This document shows, in pieces, positions 18,931 to 29,333 of a DNA stretch of 64,000 nt. The position numbers were made by a program, and so were the translations under genes. Within the stretch, counting starts at the first letter, position 1. The number at the start of each line of letters is the position of its first letter. The stretch is from Bacteroidales bacterium (GTDB lineage Bacteria; Bacteroidota; Bacteroidia; Bacteroidales; F082): NCBI GenBank assembly GCA_017965765.1, contig JAGCPJ010000074.1, positions 2,272 to 66,271 on the forward strand, in the 5' to 3' direction. The notes beneath the pieces were generated by a model. That model ran no database searches. It was not told the DNA's origin and worked only from the letters and a program-made list of their open reading frames with translations.

Positions 18931-21900
18931 ATGAAAAAATCATTACTTTCATTGGTGCTCATTTGCTTCGCCCTCTTGGGCGTGGCCAAAGCACAGCAAA
19001 CGGTGACCATCGGTGATTTGGCAAGTGCTACCAACAACTCCAATTTCCCGATGAACTCACTTTACAACTATTCTTATTCGCAACAGATTTACACTGCTGA
19101 CGAAATCAACATGGCAGGTACCATCACTTCCATCACGATTTGGATGTATGGTAATGAGAACCTCTATGAAATGCCCTTCGACATTTACATGGTTGAAACA
19201 GACAAGGACGCTTTTTCGAGCAAAACTGATTGGGTTACCGTAACCTCCGACGACATTGTGTACTCTGGCTCGGTAACCGTTCACAACACCGAAGCTGAAG
19301 CCTACACCTTCGAACTCAGCACTTCTTTTAACTACACCGGCGTAGGCAACCTGCTGATTGCTTTCAACAACACCACCGGTCAATGGAAGAGTGGTCTGAA
19401 TGGTATGGTGTTCGGCGCTGCGGGTGATCCTGTAAGAGCCATCTATGCCATTCAGGACAGCGGTGCCTACGATCCCACAGCTCCGACCTTTACGGCCAAT
19501 GCCACCACTAATATAAAAAATGTCATTGAACTTGACATTACTCCTGCTGGCAGCCCAACCTGCGAGAAACCCTCAAACCTTATGGTTAGCGACATCACGG
19601 CTGACGAAGCTACCTGCACTTGGGAGAGCGAAGTGGGCAGCTATTATTTCGAATGGAAAAAGACTTCCGATGAAGCTTGGATTGGCAACCCGACCAACTA
19701 CAACGAATATACGTTGACAGAACTTGAATCCAACACCACCTACAATGTTAGAGTGAAAGCGGTGTGCGATACCGATTTGGAAAGCGGCTACAGAACCGCA
19801 AGTTTCACCACGGCTAATGCTTGCGCCGCTCCTACCGACTTGCAGATTACGGATGTCACTGAGTCTTCAGCAACATTGAGCTGGACTGCTGGTTATCAAG
19901 AGACCGAATGGACGGTGAAATACAAGAAGTCGACTGATACTGAGTATATGGAAGAAACCATTAACGGCACTCCCACCATCACGCTTAGCGGCCTTAACTC
20001 CTGCGCTTCCTACGACGTGCAGGTTTACAACTGCGAAAACTACATCTCGGGCAACTTCATCACAGCTGCCGGCATCCCGCTGGTTGAAGAATTCGGCACC
20101 ATCAACGTTCCTGCTGGTTGGGCGCGCTACAACACCTTGCTAACCGATGACGTCTTGAACGGTACCACCGCTTTGACCTCACAGAATGGCGGTTGGCACT
20201 GCAGCGCTAGCAATGGCGTGTTCGACAGCCATGCCCATGTCAATATCTATGGCAATTCCTGCAAGTACTGGTTGGTTACCCCGACCCTCCCGATGGAAGA
20301 CAACGTGCAACTCACCTTCGATATGGCTTTGACAAAATATTCAGGCAATATCCAACCCATTGATAACACCTTGGGAGAAGACGACCGGTTTGTCGTGCTG
20401 ATTACCACCGACGGCGGCACTACTTGGGAAATCCTGCGTGAGTGGAACAACACCGGATCCGAATATGTTTACAACGACATTGTTTGCAGCGCTATCGGTG
20501 AGCCTGTGGCCATCGACCTGAGCAGCTATGCCGGACAGACCATCGCCGTGGCATTCTACGGCGAATCCACCGTTTCCGAAAGCGGCAGCGACAACAACCT
20601 GCACATTGACAATGTGAGCATCGACTACATCCCCGCCTGTGCCAAACCTACCGGCCTGGCCGCTGCCGATGTGCTCCCCCACCAAGCTACCATCATTTGG
20701 ACTGCCGACGCTACCGCTTGGCAAGTTCAACTGAACGATGAAGACCCCATTGATGTGAACGAAGCCACCTACACTTTCGAAAACCTCGATCCTGAAACAA
20801 CCTACACCGTCAAGGTACGTGCCAACTGCAGCGGCACTTACAGCGATTGGACTAACGCCGTGAGCTTCACCACCACCATAGCCTGTCCAGTACCCGAGTA
20901 TTTGAGTGCGGTTGAAGATGGCTTGGACGCATACGTGTCATGGGGTATTGTTTTAGGTACCGATTGGGAAGTGGCTTTATCCACTGATCCTGATGCTGAC
21001 CCTGCTGAAAATATTGTTGCCACTTTGGAAGACCCTGACGAAACCGTTTATAGCGTATTTGACCTTGATCTTGGCGACTACTACTTCTGGGTTCGCGCCT
21101 ACTGCGGCCCCGAAGACGGCTACAGCCAATGGGAAGGTCCCGTCAGCGTGCATATCGGTTACTGCGAGCCTAGACCGACAAGCAGAGACGGCAAGGGTAT
21201 CACTAAAGTGCTCTTCGGTATGGGCGACGATATGGTGACTAATGTGGATGAGACCTACGGTCTTCCCGCCGCCTCACCTTTCTACGGCGACTACTCGTCC
21301 ATGGTTGGCGCCGTACAGGCCGGTGTGGAATCGGAGATCCTCATCACCTACGCCACTGGTTCCAGCAACGTTTACAGCTATGGTACCATCATCTGGGTGG
21401 ACTGGGACAACAGCTTGAGTTTCGAAGACAGCGAGATTGTCTATACCGGCATGAGCGATCAGGGTTCCGGCGGTGTCCCGGAAGTGCTTGAAGCCACCCT
21501 CACCGCACCCGCCGATCAACCTGTGGGCGACTACCGTATGCGTATCGCTGGTGCTGATAGCTATTTCGACAGCTATATTAATGGTTCCGCCACCGCAAAT
21601 CATAGTGCTTGCTTCACAAGCTCCTATGCAGTTTGCCACGACTATACCCTGCGTGTGCTTGAGGCTCCTTCCTGCCTGATTCCTACGGGCGTTACTTACA
21701 GCTCAAGTGGCACCGAAGCCACCATCAGCTGGACCAGCGATGCCGAGGCATGGAACATGCGCCTTAACGGCGTTGAGGTTGACGATGTCATCACCAATCC
21801 TTACATCTTGACCGGACTTGAACTGGGCACCCTTTACAGTGTGGAAGTGCAGGCCGACTGTGGCGATAACGGCACCAGCGAATGGACCAATGCCGTCAGC

Positions 21901-23367
21901 TTCACCACCGACCTCTGTTTGCCCGATGAAATGTGCGCAATCAACTACAGCTTCACCGACCAATACGATGACAGCTGGAACCAAGCATACATGAACATTG
22001 TGGATGCAACAACAGGAGAAGTGCTTTACGAACTGACCATGCCCGATGTCACTGGACCTTACGAAGGTTCCTTCAACGTTTGCGACGGTCGCGAGATCCA
22101 ATTCGTTTGGGTGAGCGGAAACTATCCTAGAGAATGTGGATACACCTTCACTCACAATGGCGAGGTCATCCTTGAAAAAGCTACCAATTCAGCAGCTCCC
22201 GAAGCAGGTGTTTGCTTCACCTACAATGTGGACTGCGGCTTCCCCACCATCTCTATGACCATCGAAGCTCACAACGGTGAGAAAGGTCACTACTACCTCA
22301 TTACCTCACCCATCGGTAACATTCTACCTTCTGCTGTGGAAGGCATGATTGCCGCCGATGAAGAAGATTACGACCTCTATATGTTCAGCCAGATTCCTGA
22401 CGCTGAAGGCAACGAATGGCTCAACTTCAAGGCTAATGAGTTCGCCGAACTCGAAGTCCACAAGGCTTACCTCTATGCCAGCAAGAACGGCACCACCCTC
22501 GTCTTCGACGCTTCCAACATCGACACTGAATTCTACGACTATCCGGATACGGATGTTGATCTGGAATATGTTGACGGCGCTGAATTTGCAGGCGTCAACC
22601 TCGTGGGTAACCCCTTCCCGGGAGGCGCTACTGTTGCCAGAGCTTTCTACACCCTTATGAATGACGAAGAATTTGTGCCTCAGGCCGCTTATAGCGAGAT
22701 TGCATGTGCGCAAGGCATCGCCGTCGTCGCAGAAGGCGCTGACGAAACAGTGCGTTTCATCTGGTCCGGTAACTTTGATTTTGACAAGAGCGCCAATGCC
22801 GCCCTCAACGTCACCCAGAACGGCAAACTCATCGACCGCGCCATCATGTCCTTCGGCGGCAACGATCTGCGCAAGGTCCAGCTCAACTCCAACCACACCA
22901 AGGTCTATATGCCCGTCAACGGCATGGACTGCGCTGTGGCCAGCGTGGAAAGCTTCGGCGAGATGCCTGTCAACTTCAAGGCTGAAAATGACGGCACCTA
23001 CACCCTCAACTTCACCAGCGAGGCTGTCAACTTCAGCTACCTGCACCTCATCGACAATATGACCGGTGCCGAGGTTGACCTCCTTGCCAACCCGACTTAC
23101 AGCTTCGAGGCTAAGAGCAGCGACTACGCTTCACGCTTCAAACTGGTGTTCGCCACGGGCAACAACAGCGAGAGCAGCGAGTTCGCTTTCGTGAGCAACG
23201 GCAACATCATCGTCAACGGCGAGGGCACCCTCCGCGTCATCGACATGACCGGCCGCGTCATTGCCGCTGAGCAAATCAACGGTGTCAGCAACATCAAACT
23301 GAATGCCGCCGCCGGCGTGTATGTGCTCCAACTCAACGACAAGACTCAGAAGATCGTCATTAAATAA
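18931..23367 (+). CDS. very large T9SS-secreted surface protein (Fn3 repeats, choice-of-anchor-J-like and GEVED-like modules, T9SS C-terminal domain)
   Basis: 1478 aa with signal peptide MKKSLLSLVLICFALLGVAKAQ. It has repeated CxxPxxLxxxxxTxxxAxxxW...YxxxVxAxC Fn3-like units. The C-terminal beta-sandwich ends GVYVLQLNDKTQKIVIK. Confidence 0.85.
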   Translation: MKKSLLSLVLICFALLGVAKAQQTVTIGDLASATNNSNFPMNSLYNYSYSQQIYTADEINMAGTITSITIWMYGNENLYEMPFDIYMVETDKDAFSSKTDWVTVTSDDIVYSGSVTVHNTEAEAYTFELSTSFNYTGVGNLLIAFNNTTGQWKSGLNGMVFGAAGDPVRAIYAIQDSGAYDPTAPTFTANATTNIKNVIELDITPAGSPTCEKPSNLMVSDITADEATCTWESEVGSYYFEWKKTSDEAWIGNPTNYNEYTLTELESNTTYNVRVKAVCDTDLESGYRTASFTTANACAAPTDLQITDVTESSATLSWTAGYQETEWTVKYKKSTDTEYMEETINGTPTITLSGLNSCASYDVQVYNCENYISGNFITAAGIPLVEEFGTINVPAGWARYNTLLTDDVLNGTTALTSQNGGWHCSASNGVFDSHAHVNIYGNSCKYWLVTPTLPMEDNVQLTFDMALTKYSGNIQPIDNTLGEDDRFVVLITTDGGTTWEILREWNNTGSEYVYNDIVCSAIGEPVAIDLSSYAGQTIAVAFYGESTVSESGSDNNLHIDNVSIDYIPACAKPTGLAAADVLPHQATIIWTADATAWQVQLNDEDPIDVNEATYTFENLDPETTYTVKVRANCSGTYSDWTNAVSFTTTIACPVPEYLSAVEDGLDAYVSWGIVLGTDWEVALSTDPDADPAENIVATLEDPDETVYSVFDLDLGDYYFWVRAYCGPEDGYSQWEGPVSVHIGYCEPRPTSRDGKGITKVLFGMGDDMVTNVDETYGLPAASPFYGDYSSMVGAVQAGVESEILITYATGSSNVYSYGTIIWVDWDNSLSFEDSEIVYTGMSDQGSGGVPEVLEATLTAPADQPVGDYRMRIAGADSYFDSYINGSATANHSACFTSSYAVCHDYTLRVLEAPSCLIPTGVTYSSSGTEATISWTSDAEAWNMRLNGVEVDDVITNPYILTGLELGTLYSVEVQADCGDNGTSEWTNAVSFTTDLCLPDEMCAINYSFTDQYDDSWNQAYMNIVDATTGEVLYELTMPDVTGPYEGSFNVCDGREIQFVWVSGNYPRECGYTFTHNGEVILEKATNSAAPEAGVCFTYNVDCGFPTISMTIEAHNGEKGHYYLITSPIGNILPSAVEGMIAADEEDYDLYMFSQIPDAEGNEWLNFKANEFAELEVHKAYLYASKNGTTLVFDASNIDTEFYDYPDTDVDLEYVDGAEFAGVNLVGNPFPGGATVARAFYTLMNDEEFVPQAAYSEIACAQGIAVVAEGADETVRFIWSGNFDFDKSANAALNVTQNGKLIDRAIMSFGGNDLRKVQLNSNHTKVYMPVNGMDCAVASVESFGEMPVNFKAENDGTYTLNFTSEAVNFSYLHLIDNMTGAEVDLLANPTYSFEAKSSDYASRFKLVFATGNNSESSEFAFVSNGNIIVNGEGTLRVIDMTGRVIAAEQINGVSNIKLNAAAGVYVLQLNDKTQKIVIK

Positions 23368-23409
23368 ACGGAAAACGGAGAACGGAAAACGGAAAATTTT
23401 CCGTTCTCC
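23368..23409. repeat. GGARAAC heptamer element, asymmetric hairpin
   Basis: aacgg aaaacgg agaacgg aaaacgg aaaa|ttttccgttctcc. It starts at the base after the TAA stop. Confidence 0.9.
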
Positions 23410-23448
23410 ATCCTATTAGAGAGTTCAACATAAAAACCAATCAATACT

Positions 23449-23676
23449 ATGAAAAAAGTTGTTTTGACTATCGCTATCGTTCTCGGTCTGGGTATGGCTT
23501 CATTCGCTCAGAACGGTTTGTTCGGCAAGGGCGGTGAAGAAGGCGCCAAGGACATCGACATGCCCACCCTCCCCGGCCACGGCCTAACCACCAACCAGAA
23601 CGCTCCCCTGGGCAGCGGCGCTTTGCTGCTCCTCGGCTTCGGCGCTGCTTACGCCATGAGCAAGAAGAGAAAGTAA
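23449..23676 (+). CDS. small secreted protein with C-terminal motif-TM-basic tail
   Basis: 75 aa with signal peptide MKKVVLTIAIVLGLGMASFAQ. The C-terminus is LPGHGLTTNQNAPLGSG-ALLLLGFGAAYAM-SKKRK. Confidence 0.55.
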   Translation: MKKVVLTIAIVLGLGMASFAQNGLFGKGGEEGAKDIDMPTLPGHGLTTNQNAPLGSGALLLLGFGAAYAMSKKRK

Positions 23677-23681
23677 TTCTC

Positions 23682-25331
23682 TCAAAACCCTTCCAGCTGC
23701 ATCGTCACCGTGGGGATGAGCAATAATGCCCCGACGATGATCAGCACCAAGATGAACTTCCAGATGAAACGCACCCATTTTTCCCATGGGATGCGGGCCA
23801 CACCCAAGGTGGCAATGAGCACCCCAGAGGTTGGGGTGATCATGTTCGTGAAACCATCACCGAACTGGAAGGCCATGACCGTGGTCTGACGTGAGATATC
23901 AATCAAGTCGCTGAAGGGCGCCATGATCGGCATGGTGATGGCCGCCTTGGCCGAACCCGACGGAATCACGATATTGATCAAGGTCTGGATGCCGTACATG
24001 ATTTCCGTGGAAGCAATGGCTCCCAGGTTGTTCATCGATTTCGACAAACCATAGAGAATGGTGTCGATGACCCCACCGTCCTGTAACACGATGACGATGC
24101 CGGCCGCCAGTCCCACGACCACCGCCGCCGAAAGGATATCCCCCATGCCTTCGATGAACAACTTCGCGATCTCACTCGCGCTTTTGTTGATGCTGAGACC
24201 GCTACACACGCCCATGAACAGGAAAAGCGTGGCAATTTCCATGATGTACCAGTCGTACCCCAACACGCCGATGATCAGGTAATAAACCGTGCCGAACAGC
24301 ATCGTCAGGACGAAATACGGCACCGCCTTCCGTAAGGCAAAGAAGCCAATCAAGGCAAACAATCCCGCACCGATGGGCAACAAGGGTAGGGTAGTGGCAC
24401 TGTTCCCAACCTTCAACGTAGTCATGGGATAGCGAATCGCGCAAAAGAGCAGTAGGGCGGTGATGGCGGCGTAAACCCACCAGGAAACGGAAAACGGAGA
24501 ACGGAAAACGGATAATTCTTCGTTCTCCGTTCTCCGTTCTCCGTTTTCCGTTCTCCTCCAGTACTCATCATCCTCATAAACAATCGACGCCGTCGGGTTC
24601 TTCTTCACCTTGTTGGCATACCATAGGACGAAGGCGATGCCGATGATGGTCAGGATCACCCAACAGACCGCCCGGTAGCCGATGCCCGAAAACAACGGGA
24701 TCTCCGCGATCCCTTGCGCAATGCCAATAGTAAAGGGGTTGAGCATGGCCCCGGAGAAACCAATATGCGCCGCCACATACACCATGCAGACACCCACGAT
24801 GGAGTCGTAACCCATGGAGATGGCCAAAGGAATGATGATCAACGTAAAAGCAATGGTTTCCTCGCTCATCCCAAACACCGAACCAAACAAGCTGAAGAGA
24901 ATCATCACCAAGGTAATGATGATGTTGTTCACACCGATCTTGCGAATCAGCTTGTTGTGTTCCAATCGCTTGGTAATTCGTAAAAACGCCATGATGCCCG
25001 TGTCGATGGCCTTGCTTTTGTTCATGATCCAAAAAGCACCGCCGATGATCAAGATGAACACGATGATGCTGCTTTGCTTCACGAAACCCTTGAACAAGGC
25101 CGAGAACACCTGCCAGGTCTGCGGTTCAGCATGGAAGTCTGCCGCATACGCCTCAGGTAGCTGGTCTTGGTAGTAAAACGTCATCACCGTTTCTCCTCCA
25201 ACCTGCTCGGAGACATATTTCCCGGGCTTGATGAACCACGTCATCATGGCGGCGATGAGGATGCAACAAAAAACAATGACAAAAGTATGGGGTACCTTGC
25301 GTTTTTTCATGGCGGTATTTATGATTTGCAA
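23682..25331 (-). CDS. YfcC / C4-dicarboxylate anaerobic carrier family transporter
   Basis: 549 aa, polytopic. The N-terminus KVPHTFVIVFCCILIAAMMTWFI is typical of the YfcC family. It carries an in-frame heptamer palindrome ([25 protein letters not shown]). Confidence 0.75.
   Translation of the reverse strand: MQIINTAMKKRKVPHTFVIVFCCILIAAMMTWFIKPGKYVSEQVGGETVMTFYYQDQLPEAYAADFHAEPQTWQVFSALFKGFVKQSSIIVFILIIGGAFWIMNKSKAIDTGIMAFLRITKRLEHNKLIRKIGVNNIIITLVMILFSLFGSVFGMSEETIAFTLIIIPLAISMGYDSIVGVCMVYVAAHIGFSGAMLNPFTIGIAQGIAEIPLFSGIGYRAVCWVILTIIGIAFVLWYANKVKKNPTASIVYEDDEYWRRTENGERRTENEELSVFRSPFSVSWWVYAAITALLLFCAIRYPMTTLKVGNSATTLPLLPIGAGLFALIGFFALRKAVPYFVLTMLFGTVYYLIIGVLGYDWYIMEIATLFLFMGVCSGLSINKSASEIAKLFIEGMGDILSAAVVVGLAAGIVIVLQDGGVIDTILYGLSKSMNNLGAIASTEIMYGIQTLINIVIPSGSAKAAITMPIMAPFSDLIDISRQTTVMAFQFGDGFTNMITPTSGVLIATLGVARIPWEKWVRFIWKFILVLIIVGALLLIPTVTMQLEGF
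24484..24556. repeat. GGARAAC heptamer palindromic element inside CDS
   Basis: The left arm is gaaacgg aaaacgg agaacgg aaaacgg. The loop is ataattcttc. The right arm is gttctcc gttctcc gttctcc gttttcc gttctcc. Confidence 0.95.
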
Positions 25332-25348
25332 TAATACGAAAAAATGAC

Positions 25349-25356
25349 TATTTTTG
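25349..25356 (+). promoter_or_regulatory. -7 box TAnnTTTG (TATTTTTG)
   Basis: Lies 41 nt upstream of the ATG at 25397. Confidence 0.4.
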
Positions 25357-25396
25357 TCCGCTTGAAAAGTGAAATCGTTACACTTAATATAAAAAC

Positions 25397-27034
25397 ATGA
25401 AAATCAAACATTTAACCATTGTTGCAGTGCTAGCTTTGATGGCAGTCTCCTGCACACAGAAACCAACACAACCCGTGGAACAACCCCAACCCAAGCTGAT
25501 AGACAAATATGCGGAATACACCCTGACTTCCGACATCAGCCATCTGAGCGAGAACGAAAAGGAGATGCTCCCCCTGCTCTTCGAAGCCGCCGACATTATG
25601 GAAAGCCTCTTCTGGAGAGAGAACTACGGCGACAAGGACGAACTGCTGTCACGCATCAGCGATCCTGATGTGCGTCAATTCGCCTGCATCACTTACGGCC
25701 CTTGGGACGGCCTCAACGACAACAAACCCTTTGTGGAAGGCTTCGGCGAAAAACCTGCCGGCGCCCAGTTCTATCCTCAGGACATGACCGAGGAAGAATG
25801 GAATGCCTTCGACGACCCCAACAAGAACAGCCAATACACCATGATCGTCCGCGACGAGAACGGTGCCTTGAAATGCGTGTGGTACCATGACTATTTTGAT
25901 CAGGAGATCAAAAAGGCCGCTTCCCTGCTTGACGACGCCTCAGAACTCGCTGGCGACGAAGAGTTTGCCGACTACCTGAGACTCCGCGCCAAAGCCCTCC
26001 GTACCGATGACTACTTTGAAAGCGACATGCGCTGGATGGATGTCCGCAACAACAATATCGACATGGTCATCGGACCCATCGAGAACTACACGGACGCCCG
26101 CTATGGCATCAAGGCTTCCCACGAGGCCTTCATCCTGATCAAGGACCAGGAATGGACCAAGCAGCTGGCCCGCTACGCCGCCTTCGTGCCGGAACTCCAA
26201 AAACAACTTCCCGTGCCCGAAGAGTACAAGAAAGAAGTCCCAGGCTCTGATGTCGATCTCGCCGCTTATGACGCCGTGTATTACGCCGGCGACTGCAACG
26301 CCAACAGTAAGACCATCGCCATCAACCTGCCTAACGATGAACGCGTACAACTCGAGAGAGGCACCCGCAAACTTCAACTGAAGAACGCCATGGCCGCCAA
26401 GTTCGAAAACATCCTCGTGCCCATCGCCCATACCTTGATGACCCCCGAATCCATGGACCATATCAAGTTTGACGCCTTCTTTGCCAACGTGATGTTCCAT
26501 GAGACCGCCCACGGCATGGGTATCAAGAACACCATCACCGGCAAAGGTACCGTCCACAGCGCCCTCGGCAATACCTACAACGCCATAGAGGAAGCCAAAG
26601 CCGATGTGCTGGGCCTCTATCTGGTGACCAAACTCGCCGAGATGGGTGAATACACCACCACCGAACTCGTGGACAACTACACCACTTTCCTCGCCGGTAT
26701 CTTCCGCTCCGTGCGTTTCGGCGCCGCCAGCGCCCACGGCAAAGCCAACATGCTTGAATTCAACTATATGCAGAACGAAGGTGCTTTCACCCGCAACGAA
26801 CAAGGCCAATATGCCATCGACTTCGAAAAGATGAAAGCCGCCGTGGAAAAACTCGCCGGTGCCATCCTCATCTGCCAGGGCAACGGTGACTATGAAGCCA
26901 CCAAAAACTGGTTGGGCGACATGAGCGTCATCAAACCTGCACTCCAAGCCGACCTTGACCGTGTCAACGAAGCCGGCATCCCCGTGGATATCTTCTATCA
27001 CATGGGACCGGAAGTGCTTTTAGGTGATAAATGA
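25397..27034 (+). CDS. M49 (dipeptidyl-peptidase III)-like zinc peptidase lipoprotein
   Basis: 545 aa with lipobox LMAVSC. Zinc motif HETAHGMG and a second motif EEAKADVLG match the DPP III-type arrangement. Confidence 0.7.
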   Translation: MKIKHLTIVAVLALMAVSCTQKPTQPVEQPQPKLIDKYAEYTLTSDISHLSENEKEMLPLLFEAADIMESLFWRENYGDKDELLSRISDPDVRQFACITYGPWDGLNDNKPFVEGFGEKPAGAQFYPQDMTEEEWNAFDDPNKNSQYTMIVRDENGALKCVWYHDYFDQEIKKAASLLDDASELAGDEEFADYLRLRAKALRTDDYFESDMRWMDVRNNNIDMVIGPIENYTDARYGIKASHEAFILIKDQEWTKQLARYAAFVPELQKQLPVPEEYKKEVPGSDVDLAAYDAVYYAGDCNANSKTIAINLPNDERVQLERGTRKLQLKNAMAAKFENILVPIAHTLMTPESMDHIKFDAFFANVMFHETAHGMGIKNTITGKGTVHSALGNTYNAIEEAKADVLGLYLVTKLAEMGEYTTTELVDNYTTFLAGIFRSVRFGAASAHGKANMLEFNYMQNEGAFTRNEQGQYAIDFEKMKAAVEKLAGAILICQGNGDYEATKNWLGDMSVIKPALQADLDRVNEAGIPVDIFYHMGPEVLLGDK

Positions 27035-27035
27035 A

Positions 27036-27062
27036 AATTCGTTTAATTCGTATAATTCGCCG
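27036..27062 (+). repeat. 9-nt array AATTCGNNN x3
   Basis: aattcgttt aattcgtat aattcgccg. It begins 2 nt after the stop codon. Confidence 0.7.
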
Positions 27063-27084
27063 TTAATATTAAATCCAAGTATAA

Positions 27085-29295
27085 ATGAAAAAATTACTCG
27101 TATTTGCGCTCGCCATCATGGCTATGATGGGCAGCGTGCGTGCCGACGAAGGCATGTGGCTCCCGATGTTTGTGGGACGCCTCAACTATGTTGACATGCA
27201 GAAGATGGGTCTGCAGCTGACCCCCGAAGAGCTGTACAGCATCAACCATAACAGTCTGAAGGACGCCATCGTGGGTCTCGGCAGCGACGCCAAACCCCGC
27301 GGCTTCTTCTGCACCGGCGAGATCGTCTCCGAGCACGGTCTCCTCTTCACCAACCACCACTGCGGCTACAGCGCCGTCCAGAAACTCAGCTCCATGGAGC
27401 ATGACTATCTGCACGATGGCTTCTGGGCCAGAAACTATTCTGAAGAGATCCCCGCTCCCGATATGAGCGCCTCCTTCCTCGTCCGTATGGAAGACGTTAC
27501 CCAAGAGGTCCTCGCCGTGGTTACCTCCGACATGGACTGGCAGACCCGCACCAAGACCATCAACGCCAAAATCAAAGACCTGGAAGCCCAAGCCTCCGAA
27601 GACGGCAAGTACAACCCCGTCATCAAAGGTTTCTTTGAGGGCAACGAGTACTACATGTTTGTGTATAAAGTCTATACCGATGTCCGTCTCGTGGGCGTGG
27701 CCAACGAGTCCATCGGTAAGTTTGGCGGCGACACCGACAACTGGATGTGGCCCCGTCACACTGGCGACTTCTCCATCTTCCGCGTGTATGCCGACAAGGA
27801 TGGTAACCCTGCCGAATATAGCGCCGATAATGTGCCGCTGACTCCCAAGCACTACCTCCCTATCAGCATCGATGGCGTGAAGCAAGATGACTTCACCATG
27901 ATCTGGGGTTTCCCGGGCACCACTGAACGCTACATGTCAAGCTACGGCATCGACTACAACGTGGATACCTTCTATCCCATCATCATCGACGTCTTCGGTA
28001 AGGAACTCGAAGTGATGGATGAGTTCATGCAAAAGGACGACGCCATCAACCTGATGTATGCCGACAACCACGCTGGCCTGGCCAACACCTGGAAGAACTT
28101 CATCGGACAATGCACCATGCTCCGCAAGAACAAAGTCAGCGAAGCCAAGGTGAAACTCGAAAACAACTTCATGCTGTGGGTGGGCCGCAACGAAAAACAT
28201 GAATATGAAAACGCCCTCCCGAACCTGAAAGAGAGCTACAGCCAACTCGGTCAGGTGGCCAAACACCTCTTCTACCCCAACTTCACCGCTCAGATGGGCC
28301 CCGTGGGTGCCGCCATGGCTTTCACTGGCTATTACATGGCCTCCGAAAGCGATGACAAAGAGGCAAGAGAAGCCGCTGCTATGGAACTCCAAGGCATGGA
28401 CGTGGATGCCATGTTCGAAGGCACCGATCCTCAAGTGGAGCACAAGATGTTCGCCGAGATGCTGAAAGTCTATCGCAAAGCCTTCGACGAAGCCGACCTT
28501 CCGGAATTCTATAGCAAACTCGTTGACAAGAAGTTCAAGGGCAACATCGACGCTTTCGCCGACTACGTCTATGAGAACTCCATCTTCGCTACCCCCGAAA
28601 CCATTAAGGCTTTCATCGCCAAACCCAGCACCAAGAAGCTGAAGAAAGACGTCGCCTTCCAAATGAGCCAGCAGCTGACCGAAAAGATCATGCAAGCTGC
28701 CCCCGCCTACCGTATGGCCCAAACCGCCATCCAGGAGAACGACCACATCTTCGTGAAGGGTCTGCGTGAATACTATGCCACCATGTATCCCGACAAGTTC
28801 CTCTATCCCGATGCCAACTCCACCATGCGTATGAGCTATGGCTCGGTGCAGGACTACATGCCTGCCGACGCTGTGCATTACGACTATGTGTGCACCGCCA
28901 ATGGTATCCTCGAGAAATATGTGCCCGGCGACTATGAGTTCGACGCTCCCAAGCGCCTCCTCGAACTCATCGAACGCAAAGACTATGGTGCCTACGCTGA
29001 CGAGAACGGCGAACTCATCGTGTGCTTCCTCTCCACCAACGACATCACTGGCGGTAACTCCGGTAGCCCCATCATGAACGCCAAGGGCGAACTCATCGGT
29101 CTGGCCTTCGACGGCAACTGGGAAGCCATGAGCGGTGACGTCAACTTCGAGCCCAAACTCCAACGCACCATCAACGTCGATATCCGCTACGTGCTCTTCA
29201 TCATCGACAAGTACGCTGGTGCCACCAACCTCATCAACGAACTCGATATCCGCAAGTCAGAGCCGGAACCGGTTCGCGAGGAAGAGGAAATTTAA
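27085..29295 (+). CDS. S46 family dipeptidyl-peptidase (DPP7/DPP11-type)
   Basis: 736 aa. After the signal peptide comes the hallmark N-terminus DEGMWLP. Catalytic His is in TNHHCG and catalytic Ser in GGNSGSP. Confidence 0.9.
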   Translation: MKKLLVFALAIMAMMGSVRADEGMWLPMFVGRLNYVDMQKMGLQLTPEELYSINHNSLKDAIVGLGSDAKPRGFFCTGEIVSEHGLLFTNHHCGYSAVQKLSSMEHDYLHDGFWARNYSEEIPAPDMSASFLVRMEDVTQEVLAVVTSDMDWQTRTKTINAKIKDLEAQASEDGKYNPVIKGFFEGNEYYMFVYKVYTDVRLVGVANESIGKFGGDTDNWMWPRHTGDFSIFRVYADKDGNPAEYSADNVPLTPKHYLPISIDGVKQDDFTMIWGFPGTTERYMSSYGIDYNVDTFYPIIIDVFGKELEVMDEFMQKDDAINLMYADNHAGLANTWKNFIGQCTMLRKNKVSEAKVKLENNFMLWVGRNEKHEYENALPNLKESYSQLGQVAKHLFYPNFTAQMGPVGAAMAFTGYYMASESDDKEAREAAAMELQGMDVDAMFEGTDPQVEHKMFAEMLKVYRKAFDEADLPEFYSKLVDKKFKGNIDAFADYVYENSIFATPETIKAFIAKPSTKKLKKDVAFQMSQQLTEKIMQAAPAYRMAQTAIQENDHIFVKGLREYYATMYPDKFLYPDANSTMRMSYGSVQDYMPADAVHYDYVCTANGILEKYVPGDYEFDAPKRLLELIERKDYGAYADENGELIVCFLSTNDITGGNSGSPIMNAKGELIGLAFDGNWEAMSGDVNFEPKLQRTINVDIRYVLFIIDKYAGATNLINELDIRKSEPEPVREEEEI

Positions 29296-29327
29296 GAAAC
29301 GGAAAACGGAGAACGGAAAACGGAAAA
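29296..29327 (+). repeat. GGARAAC heptamer array, single arm (4.5 units)
   Basis: gaaacgg aaaacgg agaacgg aaaacgg aaaa. It begins at the base after the TAA stop (29293-29295). Confidence 0.95.
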
Positions 29328-29333
29328 TGAAAG

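Noticed and set aside
23368-23409. Heptamer hairpins as ordinary Rho-independent terminators
   Set aside because: They are not followed by a U-tract (for example atcctattag after 23409), several are single-armed, and most copies lie inside translated ORFs. A 3'-end role is not excluded, but they do not fit the intrinsic-terminator model.
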